From Nitrospirota bacterium (lineage in GTDB: Bacteria > Nitrospirota > UBA9217), in contig JAOUEV010000012.1 in the NCBI GenBank assembly GCA_029858565.1, forward strand, positions 278 through 64,277: DNA of 64,000 nt, given 5' to 3'. This document shows, one piece after another, positions 18,118-26,504 of the stretch. Under the pieces are notes generated by a model. It did no database searches and was not told the DNA's origin. It was given only the letters and a program-made list of their open reading frames with translations. Position 1 is the first letter of the stretch. Each line of letters starts with the position of its first letter. A program made the position numbers and the translations under genes.

Positions 18118-19608
18118 TTGAACTATCGTATTCTTATCAGCGCAATTTTTTACACAGCTCTTTTCCTTGTCCTGCCGCTTTCGGCTTCGGCATCCACGAC
18201 CTATATCCCGGTTGGCGACGAGATCTATCCCCTGCTTGACCGGCTCGAAGCAGAAGGGGTCATCACGTCCGGGCTTCTCAATACCCGGCCGATCAGCCGG
18301 GCTGAAGCGGAACGCCTGTACCGGGAAGCGGAGGGGAATTCCGCCGGAAGCACCCTTTTTGTTAAGGACCTCGTCGGGTCCCTGCGGCGCAGACTTGGAT
18401 CTTCCACAACAGACCCTTCGAAGATCGGATACGGCGCTGCTGCCTATATCAGGTACATCCGCACTGATACAACGCTTCAGGCACTCCAGTACAATAACGA
18501 CGGAGACAAACCCGCGAAAGGTTCAAACCTGCGTGTTGGCGCTGACCTGCGGCTGGAGAATGCCGGTCCCTTTGCGCTGGACCTGAACCCGGAGTTTCTC
18601 GACACCGGCCCCGAGCGCGAAAATATCATGCATCACGGCTATGCCGTTGTCGGCATTGCAAGGTTCGATATGGTGCTCGGCAAGGACGCGCAATGGTGGG
18701 GCCCGGGGCGTCACGGAGCGCTCCTGCTCTCGAACAATGCCGATCCGTTCACCATGGTCCGGCTCACCAATCCCGAGCCCATAGTCCTTCCCTGGGTGTT
18801 CAAGCACTTGGGCGATTTTCGGTTCAGCTTCTTTATCACGCAGCTTGAACGGGACCGCGACTTTCCCGAACCCTACCTCTGGGGCATGCGGTTCGACTTC
18901 AAACCAGGCCGAACCTTCGAGGTCGGCATTCACCGGACCGCGATCCTCGGCGGAGAAGGCCGTCCCAACGATTCATCGATCTGGGGCAAAAGCCTCTTTC
19001 CCTTCTTCGACGCCGAGAACACCGGAACGATCAAGGAGCCGGGAGACCAGCGAGCAGGCTTTGATCTGACCTGGAGCATACCTGCCGGCCGCCAGCCCGT
19101 TCAACTATACCTTGAGATGGACGGCGAGGATGAAAAAAATAACCTGCCGAATATCTGGGCATGGATCGGCGGTGTGTATCTGCCCCGCATCGGCTCATGG
19201 GAACGGCTTGGTTTTCGCTTTGAGGTCGGTTCGACCATGGGCAGGCCCCTCGCGCCCTCGGTCTGGTACAATCACAGCATCTACACCTCGGGGTATACTT
19301 ATAACGGCAGGATCATCGGTCATCATATCGGGACCGATACCCGCGATCTGTATTTCGAACTCTCCTATCACCTGCCTGAGCGCGACAGCCGGTTCTTGAT
19401 CGCCTACGACCGACACGAGCACAATATGCGCGGCCCGGGAAGCAGCGAGATCGATCACGAAGCCATTGCGGGGGCCGACATGGCGCTATCCGATCACATC
19501 GGCCTGAAAGCTTTCTACAACCACGCCTGGGTCAGAAATTTCGGCAACCAGTTCGCGCCGATGCAGGAGATAGGCAGCTTTACCTGCGTGGTCAGCTATA
19601 CCTTTTAA
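18118..19608 (+). CDS. Capsule assembly Wzi-family outer-membrane protein
   Basis: Signal peptide, ~490 aa, beta-barrel-like composition ending in aromatic residues; overall resemblance to the Wzi family. Start codon uncertain (TTG at 18118). Confidence 0.55.
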   Translation: MNYRILISAIFYTALFLVLPLSASASTTYIPVGDEIYPLLDRLEAEGVITSGLLNTRPISRAEAERLYREAEGNSAGSTLFVKDLVGSLRRRLGSSTTDPSKIGYGAAAYIRYIRTDTTLQALQYNNDGDKPAKGSNLRVGADLRLENAGPFALDLNPEFLDTGPERENIMHHGYAVVGIARFDMVLGKDAQWWGPGRHGALLLSNNADPFTMVRLTNPEPIVLPWVFKHLGDFRFSFFITQLERDRDFPEPYLWGMRFDFKPGRTFEVGIHRTAILGGEGRPNDSSIWGKSLFPFFDAENTGTIKEPGDQRAGFDLTWSIPAGRQPVQLYLEMDGEDEKNNLPNIWAWIGGVYLPRIGSWERLGFRFEVGSTMGRPLAPSVWYNHSIYTSGYTYNGRIIGHHIGTDTRDLYFELSYHLPERDSRFLIAYDRHEHNMRGPGSSEIDHEAIAGADMALSDHIGLKAFYNHAWVRNFGNQFAPMQEIGSFTCVVSYTF

Positions 19609-19623
19609 CCGTTGCTCACTCGT

Positions 19624-20511
19624 ATGCAGCAGGTCATATCCGCAAGCCGCCGCACCGACATCCCCGCGTTCTACGGCGAATGGTTCCTCCATCGTCTTGC
19701 TGAGGGCTTCTGCGACGTCCTCCATCCCTATACAAAGAAGTGGTTCCGGGTCTCGCTCCGGCGGGAAGATGTCGGGGCTATTGTCTTCTGGTCCAAGAAC
19801 TACGCACCCCTCCTGCCGAAGCTTGACAGCGTCGAACGCACGACCAGGAACCTTTTCTTTCACTTCACCATAACGGGAAACCGCGACCTTGAGCTGCGGG
19901 TCCCGGATTTTCGCGAATCGATCGGGGACTATCTCTATCTCACCCGACGTTACTCCCCCGATCACCTCATCTGGCGTTTTGATCCCATCTGCATTACCGA
20001 TAAGCTTTCATACGTAACCTATGAGGAGCGCTTTGTTGCCTGTGCCGAGCTTCTCCAGGGCCATGCATCATCCTGCACCATCAGCTTTGCCCATCCCTAC
20101 CGCAAGATGATCAACAACGTCAGAAAGTATTCTTCCCATGTCCCTGTCGAGACATCCCCTGAGCAGCAGAAAGCATTTGCGGAGCGTCTCGCGCAGCGCG
20201 CGGAAACGTACGGCATCCGCCTCCTTGCCTGCTGCAACGACCACCTGCTCTCGGACCGGATCGGCAAGGCCCGGTGCGTCGACGGTAGAAGACTTTCCCT
20301 GCTTTTTTCGACATCACTGGAGACCCGGGCCGCGGCGTCCCGCAAAGGATGCGGCTGCACCAGAAGCGTCGACATCGGTGCCTACGACACCTGCGGCCAT
20401 GGTTGCTTATATTGCTATGCGAACAGGGACCAGGAAAAAGCGCGCAGCGCGCAGGGATTGATCGAACAGAACAGTACCGCGCTGACGCCAAAGCGCTCTC
20501 CAGGAACGTGA
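19624..20511 (+). CDS. DUF1848 domain protein (Cys-rich C-terminus CGCTRSVDIGAYDTCGHGCLYCYAN)
   Basis: ORF with ATG at 19624; conserved N-terminus ISASRRTDIPAFYGEWF and a C-terminal cysteine cluster typical of DUF1848. Confidence 0.5.
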   Translation: MQQVISASRRTDIPAFYGEWFLHRLAEGFCDVLHPYTKKWFRVSLRREDVGAIVFWSKNYAPLLPKLDSVERTTRNLFFHFTITGNRDLELRVPDFRESIGDYLYLTRRYSPDHLIWRFDPICITDKLSYVTYEERFVACAELLQGHASSCTISFAHPYRKMINNVRKYSSHVPVETSPEQQKAFAERLAQRAETYGIRLLACCNDHLLSDRIGKARCVDGRRLSLLFSTSLETRAAASRKGCGCTRSVDIGAYDTCGHGCLYCYANRDQEKARSAQGLIEQNSTALTPKRSPGT

Positions 20512-20513
20512 TC

Positions 20514-20984
20514 ATGCCGATCTGTATTGAAAGAAAACACCTCCTCACCGGATCCGTCCATACCTACCAATGCGAGCTGATCCACTTCGAGCCGGGTTTC
20601 GGCATCTTGAAGTACGTCATTGACCGGGAATATGTAATTGCCAATCACAGGCTCGCTCCCGGCGATATCACCTGCGCGCTCTATTGGGAAGACCGCCCCT
20701 ACACACTGTATATATGGAAGCTCGCGGACGCATCGGTTCTCCACTATTTCAATATCGCTGACCATGTGTCCCTCGCTGCAAACGAGTTCATCTGGCGCGA
20801 CCTGGTTATTGATATTCTGGTCGATCAGGGCGGCACCTCGCATGTCCTGGATGCCAACGAACTGCCGCAAGAACTGGACAAGGACCTGTTGACCTACATC
20901 CGCACTGCCCAGCAGCATGTCCTTTCAACGTACCCGTTGATCATGGAAGAGTCCCGCTCATTGCTCCAGCGCCACGGTTGCTGA
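20514..20984 (+). CDS. DUF402-like protein (possible nucleoside tri/diphosphatase family)
   Basis: 156-aa ORF starting at ATG 20514, right after the upstream stop. Motifs YTLYIWKLADASVLHYFNIADH and DILVDQGGTSHVLDANEL resemble DUF402. Confidence 0.4.
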   Translation: MPICIERKHLLTGSVHTYQCELIHFEPGFGILKYVIDREYVIANHRLAPGDITCALYWEDRPYTLYIWKLADASVLHYFNIADHVSLAANEFIWRDLVIDILVDQGGTSHVLDANELPQELDKDLLTYIRTAQQHVLSTYPLIMEESRSLLQRHGC

Positions 20985-21002
20985 CCCCGCATCTCCCGTA
21001 CG

Positions 21003-21726
21003 TTGTGTTATACTTTCTCCGGGAGACCGCTCATGCAACCAGACAACCTGCATCCACGCCTTAAGGAGATGGCCGCGAGCTATCCCGACAAGTTCGCTCC
21101 TGAGAACGTCATATTTTCCCACATCCATCCCGGCAACAGGATCTTCATCGGCACCGGCTGCGGCGAACCGCAAAGCCTTGTCCGGTCCCTGATCACCTAC
21201 GTCCAGTCCCACCCCAAGGCTTTTGTGGACACGGAGCTGCTCCAGGTCTGGGCACTTGGCGTGGCGCCTTATGCGGACGCCAAGTTCAAGGATAATTTCC
21301 GGTACAATTCCTTCTTTAGCTGAGCGGATCGGCAATTACGTGGCCCGCATTGTACAGGACGGGGACACCATCCAGGTCGGGTATGGAAGCATCCCCAATG
21401 CGATCCTCGGCCAACTCGCGGAGAAGAAGCATCTGGGCGTCCACACCGAGCTGCTGACCGACGGCATCGTTGACCTCATGAAGCGCGGCGTGATAGACAA
21501 CTCGCAAAAGGACCTGAACCGCGGCAAGACCGTTGCGGCCTTTTCCATGGGCAGGCGGGAGACCTACCGGTATCTTCATGACAATCCGGCCATCGAGTTC
21601 CGCCAGGTGAACTACACGAACAACCCCACGGCAAGAACGTGCGCGAACGCGCCATGGACCTCATTGCCATCGCTCATCCGAAGTTCCGGCCCGGCCTTAT
21701 CGAAGAAGCGAAGCGCAGGCACCTGA
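21003..21726 (+). pseudogene. Degraded acetyl-CoA hydrolase/transferase-family gene (4-hydroxybutyrate CoA-transferase-like): three collinear fragments in different frames with two internal ~100-aa deletions
   Basis: Frame A (21033-21323) matches the N-terminal ~90 aa (GNRIFIGTGCGEPQSLV...KFKDNFRYNSFF). Frame B (~21316-21630) matches the central IGxYVA..DGxTLQxGxGxIP segment (ERIGNYVARIVQDGDTIQVGYGSIPNAILGQL...VNYTNNP). Frame C (21639-) resumes at the family C-terminus (RERAMDLIAIAHPKFRPGLIEEAKRRHLI). About 110 aa are missing at each junction. Confidence 0.6.
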
Positions 21727-22301
21727 TCTACAAGGACCAGGCCTACGTTACCGGCACAGGAGGCGAGTACCCCGAGCATCTCGAAGCGTGGCGCACCACG
21801 CGGATCGGCGTTACCCTCCTTCTCCGGCCGGTCCGGATGAATGACGAACAGATGCTGAAGGATTTTTTCTACCACCTTACCACGGACAGCATGTATCACC
21901 GGTTCATTTCCACACGTACCGACATGCCCCACGAACGGCTCCAGAAGTTCGTGGCCATAGACTACAGCAGGGAGATGGTGATCCTGGCGGTCATGCGGGA
22001 AGAGGGCAAGGACGTGGTAGCGGGCATGGGCCAGTACATGATCGACGAGAAGTCACATACCGCGGAAGTGGCTTTTGTGGTGCGAGACGTGTACCAGGGA
22101 AAGGGTATCGGATTGACGCTGCTGACCTATCTGACCTTCCTGGCAAAGAAACAGGGCCTGCTCGGCTTCTCCGCGGTCGTGCTGCAGGACAACAAGCCCA
22201 TGCTGCATCTGTTCGAAAGCATGGGTTTCGTGGTGGAGAAGCGGCTTGACGCGGGGGTGTACGAACTGATGATGTCATTCAAGGAAACAGGGGAGGGATA
22301 A
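21639..22301 (+). CDS. GNAT-family N-acetyltransferase domain ORF (C-terminal part of the former hydrolase-GNAT fusion)
   Basis: The C-terminal 150 aa carry the GNAT acetyl-CoA-binding pattern (VRDVYQGKGIGLTLLTYLTFLAKKQGL). First in-frame ATG is at 21654. Intact ORF, but expression is uncertain because the upstream part is degraded. Confidence 0.55.
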   Translation: MRERAMDLIAIAHPKFRPGLIEEAKRRHLIYKDQAYVTGTGGEYPEHLEAWRTTRIGVTLLLRPVRMNDEQMLKDFFYHLTTDSMYHRFISTRTDMPHERLQKFVAIDYSREMVILAVMREEGKDVVAGMGQYMIDEKSHTAEVAFVVRDVYQGKGIGLTLLTYLTFLAKKQGLLGFSAVVLQDNKPMLHLFESMGFVVEKRLDAGVYELMMSFKETGEG

Positions 22302-22316
22302 AAAGGACCGCATTTT

Positions 22317-22491
22317 CCCGCACGAAGCCACGAAGGCACGAAGAGATCGTTAATTCATAAGACCGGCACCTTCAGGGAAAACGTGTTTTGACGCGCCATG
22401 TAATAATCAATTGGCCGGTGCGCAAACGTTGACTTTCTGAATTTCGAATTAGCCAGTTTTCTTCGCGGCTTCGTGCCTTCGTGCGAGACAG
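22317..22491. repeat. Small inverted-repeat element B, related to element A (triple 8-mer CACGAAG arrays, ends gcgagacag)
   Basis: Left arm cgcacgaagccacgaaggcacgaagag, right arm cttcgcggcttcgtgccttcgtgcgagacag. Same architecture and same terminal gttttctt(c/t)gcg...gcgagacag as element A at 14220-14385. Confidence 0.6.
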
Positions 22492-22524
22492 GTTTGCTTT
22501 TTCGTTATTAGCGTTGAGTAGCTA

Positions 22525-23745
22525 TCACTTCCACCGCCGCGGATCGTAATCTCCCGTCATCACCCGACGCACCGCCTGCCAGAGCATCTGACGGCCCCAG
22601 GAGAACCGGCCCCAGGGCGCAAGGAACTTCGCGGTATCCTTCAGCACGATCATCTTTTCCCGCATGCTCCGCTTGGCCAGGGTGCCCATGAAATCCGCCT
22701 CATGGGGACGGCCGAAGAGGATCTTCATGATGTTCCACTGGTCCGAGCAGCGCCGGACCTCGCTCGCGATCATGGACCGGTAGATCTCCTGGACCGGCCT
22801 GTTCCCGCGGAAGGCCTCGATCGCTGCCTCACCGGCGATCGCTCCCGAATGGAGCGCCGCGGACATTCCCTCGGCGATCATGTTCAGGAATCCCGCTGCC
22901 TGGCCGGTGACCAGAATATTTCCGCGGCCGAACACGTAGCGGTTGATGAGCGACAAGCCGAAGTTGTTCACGCTCGTCTCGCGCAGATCGCAGGGCCCCA
23001 GCCGTACGCCGTGCCGCTCCTCAAGATACGTCAGGGTCCTGGCGTGGCGCTCGGCCAGGTCAGTTCCTGCCTCGTAGCCCACGCCCACGATCTGGCGGCC
23101 GCTCCGCTGATGGCTCCAGGTATAGAACCCGAGGCCGGGATGGAACCAGAAATGGAAGTATTCGGGATCGAGCGGGCAGTCGATGATCTCGTGGAGATGC
23201 TGCTTGACCGTGAACCAGGCAATGGCATCACGATATCCGGGATAGAGCCCTCGCACCACCTGGGAGTTCGGGCCGTCAGCGCCGATCACGTAGCGAGCCC
23301 GGTAGTGCTGCTCCCCGTCGTCGTGGTTCCGGGCGATCACGTCCACATGGGTCCCGTGGTCAACGGCGCTGTGGAAACGCAGGTTGTCGTGCACGGTCAC
23401 GCCGCTCCGCTTGATCGCCCAATAGTCCGAGTAGGTGCGGTTCAGATGGGGCGTGGTGCCTCCGTCAAAGTCCATGGGCAGATCAACGCCGCCGGGAAAG
23501 TAAAAGGTCACGCCGCGGCAGGCAGTGGGATCGTGCAGTACTTCTTTTGGCAGGGGGCCGAAGTTCTCGATCAGGAACCGGTGGCCCCGGGGAGAGATGA
23601 TCCCGCTGCAAGGCTTGTTCCGCGGCAGGGGAAAGCGTTCCAGCGCGATGGTCTCGTAGCCAGCGTCAACAAGCCGCTTTGCTACCGCGGCAGCCGACAG
23701 GCTCGCGCCCACAATGATCACGTCAGCGGTCCTGCGCCGGCTCAT
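22525..23745 (-). CDS. FAD-dependent oxidoreductase (geranylgeranyl reductase-like / FixC-like family)
   Basis: N-terminal ADVIIVGASLSAAAVAKRLVDAGYETIALER dinucleotide-binding motif; 406 aa. Stop overlaps the upstream gene start (operon). Confidence 0.7.
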   Translation of the reverse strand: MSRRRTADVIIVGASLSAAAVAKRLVDAGYETIALERFPLPRNKPCSGIISPRGHRFLIENFGPLPKEVLHDPTACRGVTFYFPGGVDLPMDFDGGTTPHLNRTYSDYWAIKRSGVTVHDNLRFHSAVDHGTHVDVIARNHDDGEQHYRARYVIGADGPNSQVVRGLYPGYRDAIAWFTVKQHLHEIIDCPLDPEYFHFWFHPGLGFYTWSHQRSGRQIVGVGYEAGTDLAERHARTLTYLEERHGVRLGPCDLRETSVNNFGLSLINRYVFGRGNILVTGQAAGFLNMIAEGMSAALHSGAIAGEAAIEAFRGNRPVQEIYRSMIASEVRRCSDQWNIMKILFGRPHEADFMGTLAKRSMREKMIVLKDTAKFLAPWGRFSWGRQMLWQAVRRVMTGDYDPRRWK

Positions 23746-24683
23746 GGCTCAGCCACCTCCGCAAGATGCACCACCGGGAGCGATGTGTGCTTCCGGAAAG
23801 CCGCGCCGTCCTCAAGATGCTCCACCACGATGCGCTCGGCGCTCCGCCCTTCCAGGAGCCATTTGATCTGCGCCTCGACCGAAACCAGAGCCTGATGGTT
23901 CATGCGGTATTGCGCGCTCATGGCGCCGGTCGGCGTCGCGACCCGGTGAAGGTCCAGGTTCATGAAACACCCGGTCTTCTGCCTGAGCGATTCATACTGC
24001 ATCACCAGTTCCCCTCGCCGGCCGTTGAATGTCCTTGTTTCGATTATATAGAGGTCCGTGCGCTTGATACCTCTGCGCACCTGCGCGCTCTCCAGGAGCG
24101 CCTGGCCCAGGCCGCGCACGCGGACCTTCGGTCCGAGCAGGGTGGACAGGAAATTCACCATCATGCCGTCCGACGCGATGATCTCCCGCGCATCCCGCAG
24201 CGGAGCGAGAAAATCCTCGAGCCGCTTGTCATCGATCTCCGTGCCGCACTCCAGATCATGGCAAATGTCGGTCCCGTCGTCGGCCGCGCACAGGACCCTG
24301 TTGCCCAGAAGCCGCTCACATTGCTCGAGGACCGGCTTGTGATCGCGGAGTGTCTGACCCGGCAGGAACAGCGCCTCCGACCGGACCTGGCCGGTCTGAC
24401 GGGACCGATGGTGCGTGCCGATGACCTGAAGCAGTCCGCGTTTTACCAGCTGCTGGCGCAGGGAAAGCGTCGCGCGCTGGGTATCCATGCCCCGGGGACA
24501 AAGGGGCTCGCAGGACCCGCAGAGAATGCAGGCCTGTGCTGATTCCGCCAGGTCCTCTTCTGCCGCGCCGTTCGCGATCAACCGCGCCCGTCCGCACATG
24601 GTCAATGCCTGGGTGTGGCTCTGCTGCCAGACGGGGCAGGAGAGCATGCAGACCCCGCAGCCGTTGCAATCATTGTGACTCAA
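23742..24683 (-). CDS. (Fe-S)-binding protein, GlcF/LutA-like (two CxxCxxCxxxCP ferredoxin motifs + CCG-like domain)
   Basis: CNGCGVCMLSCPVWQ and CILCGSCEPLCPRGMD motifs followed by a Cys-containing C-terminal domain; 313 aa. Confidence 0.7.
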   Translation of the reverse strand: MSHNDCNGCGVCMLSCPVWQQSHTQALTMCGRARLIANGAAEEDLAESAQACILCGSCEPLCPRGMDTQRATLSLRQQLVKRGLLQVIGTHHRSRQTGQVRSEALFLPGQTLRDHKPVLEQCERLLGNRVLCAADDGTDICHDLECGTEIDDKRLEDFLAPLRDAREIIASDGMMVNFLSTLLGPKVRVRGLGQALLESAQVRRGIKRTDLYIIETRTFNGRRGELVMQYESLRQKTGCFMNLDLHRVATPTGAMSAQYRMNHQALVSVEAQIKWLLEGRSAERIVVEHLEDGAAFRKHTSLPVVHLAEVAEP

Positions 24684-26290
24684 AATATCACATCCCGGTT
24701 CAGGATCATCGCGGGATCCACTTCGCGCTTCATGGCCAGATGCTTGTCCACCAGTTCATCGCCGAACACACGCCGTATGTAGCCCTTCATCATGCCGCCG
24801 AAGCGGTAATAGCTCGTGCCCATCTGCACGCCGATGTCGTAGATCTCGTTCTTGAAAGCCTGGATATGGTCGCGGCTGTAGGTCTTTCCCTCCAGCATGG
24901 GTTCGAACTCGCATCCGTAAGCAATGTCCTCGGCGTCAGGCGGGATGCAGGAAAGCTCGTACCGTTCTTTCGGTCCGATCAGCTTGATGCCCACGCAGTA
25001 GAGCGTGTAGTGGGGAAAATACTTCCTGCATACTTCGTTGCCGCGGAGCACCGCTTCAATGAACTTCCCACGGCTCGTTGCAAGGTCCGGGATGACCATC
25101 TGCCTGCCGCCCCAGAACTTCCAGACCGCCTGGGAAAAGACCACGGTCCGGTCCACGATCCTGTTGTCCCGGAGATGGTGGCTGGGCTTGAGCGCAGGAA
25201 GGAGCGTCCGCTTCCGGTTCAGCAGATAGAGAGCCTCGCGGAACTTCCAGGGCCGGAGCAGGTAATGCATGCCCAGGGTCAATGCGAAGCGCGCTTCGCC
25301 GAACCCCCGGAGACGGGGCCGCCATTTGCGGAAGAATTCCTTTTCCCGCTCCTCGGAGTCGAACGCGACGAGCAGGTTCACGGCCCGGTCGAGCATGGTC
25401 AGGATACCCATGTAGTCCGCCGCGTCCTCCTCGCTCACCATGACCAGGTCCTCCATGGCCTGTTTCAGGTCCTGGTAGTAGAAATAGTGCATGGTGATGG
25501 GTGTGAACGGACGGATGCGCAGCGTAGCTTCGGTGATGATACCGAACTGGCCGTAGCCGAGCAGGACCCGGTTGAACCACCAGGGGTTCTCGTTCTCCGA
25601 GCACCGAAGGATCTCACCCGTTGGCGTGACGATCGTGAGCGCCAGCGCCTGGTCCGCGCTGCACCCGAGCCGCGGGGAGTTGATGTCAATGCCGCCGACG
25701 CCGAGCGTGCCGCCGACGGAAGAGGTCATGTTCAAGGGCGCGGAAAGGTAGTCCAGCCCCTGCCGCCGGAGGGATTCCGCAAGGGAATGCCAGTAGATCC
25801 CGGCTTCGCACCGCACGGTCAGCTTTGACGCATCGATCTCCAGTACCCGGCTCATGCCGCGCATATCGAGCTGAAGCCCGCCGAAAGAAACGGTCTCGCC
25901 CTCGGTAGTGAGACCTCCCCCGCGTACGGTCACGGGCACGCGGTGCTGCTGCGCAGCCGCGAGGATCCCGGCCACCACTTCAGTCGAACGCGCCACCACC
26001 ACGCCATGAGGCAGGCCGTGGGCAATGCCTCCGGCGTCGGATTGATAGAGCGTGCGGGCAGACCGCCGCTCGTCAACCGCGATGCCCCTGTTTACGAGGT
26101 CCGTTACAAAAGACTGCCAGCCCTCGCCCTGCCATCTGCAGGGGTTGGTCTGCTGGCGCGGGATGCCGATAAGGGAATCGGAAGCGACATTGCAGGGAGG
26201 GATGACGCCTGGGCCGGGAGCTTGGATCGCGATAGGCTGTGGTTTGAACCTGGTTTGCATAGGCATTTTTCTTTCGATGAACAGCCTCAC
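24680..26290 (-). CDS. FAD-linked oxidase (PCMH-type FAD-binding domain, GlcD / D-lactate dehydrogenase-like)
   Basis: FAD-binding segment HGVVVARSTEVVAGILAAAQQHRVPVTVRGGGLTTEGETV...GVGGIDINSPRLG. First of three overlapping minus-strand genes. Exact start uncertain (alternative Met at ~26266). Confidence 0.7.
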   Translation of the reverse strand: MRLFIERKMPMQTRFKPQPIAIQAPGPGVIPPCNVASDSLIGIPRQQTNPCRWQGEGWQSFVTDLVNRGIAVDERRSARTLYQSDAGGIAHGLPHGVVVARSTEVVAGILAAAQQHRVPVTVRGGGLTTEGETVSFGGLQLDMRGMSRVLEIDASKLTVRCEAGIYWHSLAESLRRQGLDYLSAPLNMTSSVGGTLGVGGIDINSPRLGCSADQALALTIVTPTGEILRCSENENPWWFNRVLLGYGQFGIITEATLRIRPFTPITMHYFYYQDLKQAMEDLVMVSEEDAADYMGILTMLDRAVNLLVAFDSEEREKEFFRKWRPRLRGFGEARFALTLGMHYLLRPWKFREALYLLNRKRTLLPALKPSHHLRDNRIVDRTVVFSQAVWKFWGGRQMVIPDLATSRGKFIEAVLRGNEVCRKYFPHYTLYCVGIKLIGPKERYELSCIPPDAEDIAYGCEFEPMLEGKTYSRDHIQAFKNEIYDIGVQMGTSYYRFGGMMKGYIRRVFGDELVDKHLAMKREVDPAMILNRDVIF

Positions 26291-26386
26291 CCTGCGAATA
26301 TCAATGTACTTCCCCGATCAGGATCCGCTGTCCTGCAGGAGACGCATAATATACGATTTCCAGGCATATTTATCAAGGCGCTAGAA

Positions 26387-26491
26387 GACGTCAAGGACGA
26401 GCAAACCCACGCTCCTGTTGTTCAGGAGCATGGGCTTCGTGGTGGACAGGCGGATCGATGCGGGGGTCTACGACCTGATGATGTTGTTCAC
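26387..26491 (+). pseudogene. Remnant of a GNAT gene 3' end (direct repeat of 22186-22301, ~75-80% nt identity), with retained stop codon
   Basis: Translates ...SMGFVVDRRIDAGVYDLMMLFTEE* versus the intact gene's ...SMGFVVEKRLDAGVYELMMSFKETGEG*. Upstream similarity continues out of frame (KPTLLLFRS vs KPMLHLFES). Confidence 0.6.
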
Positions 26492-26504
26492 GGAAGAGTA
26501 GCAG

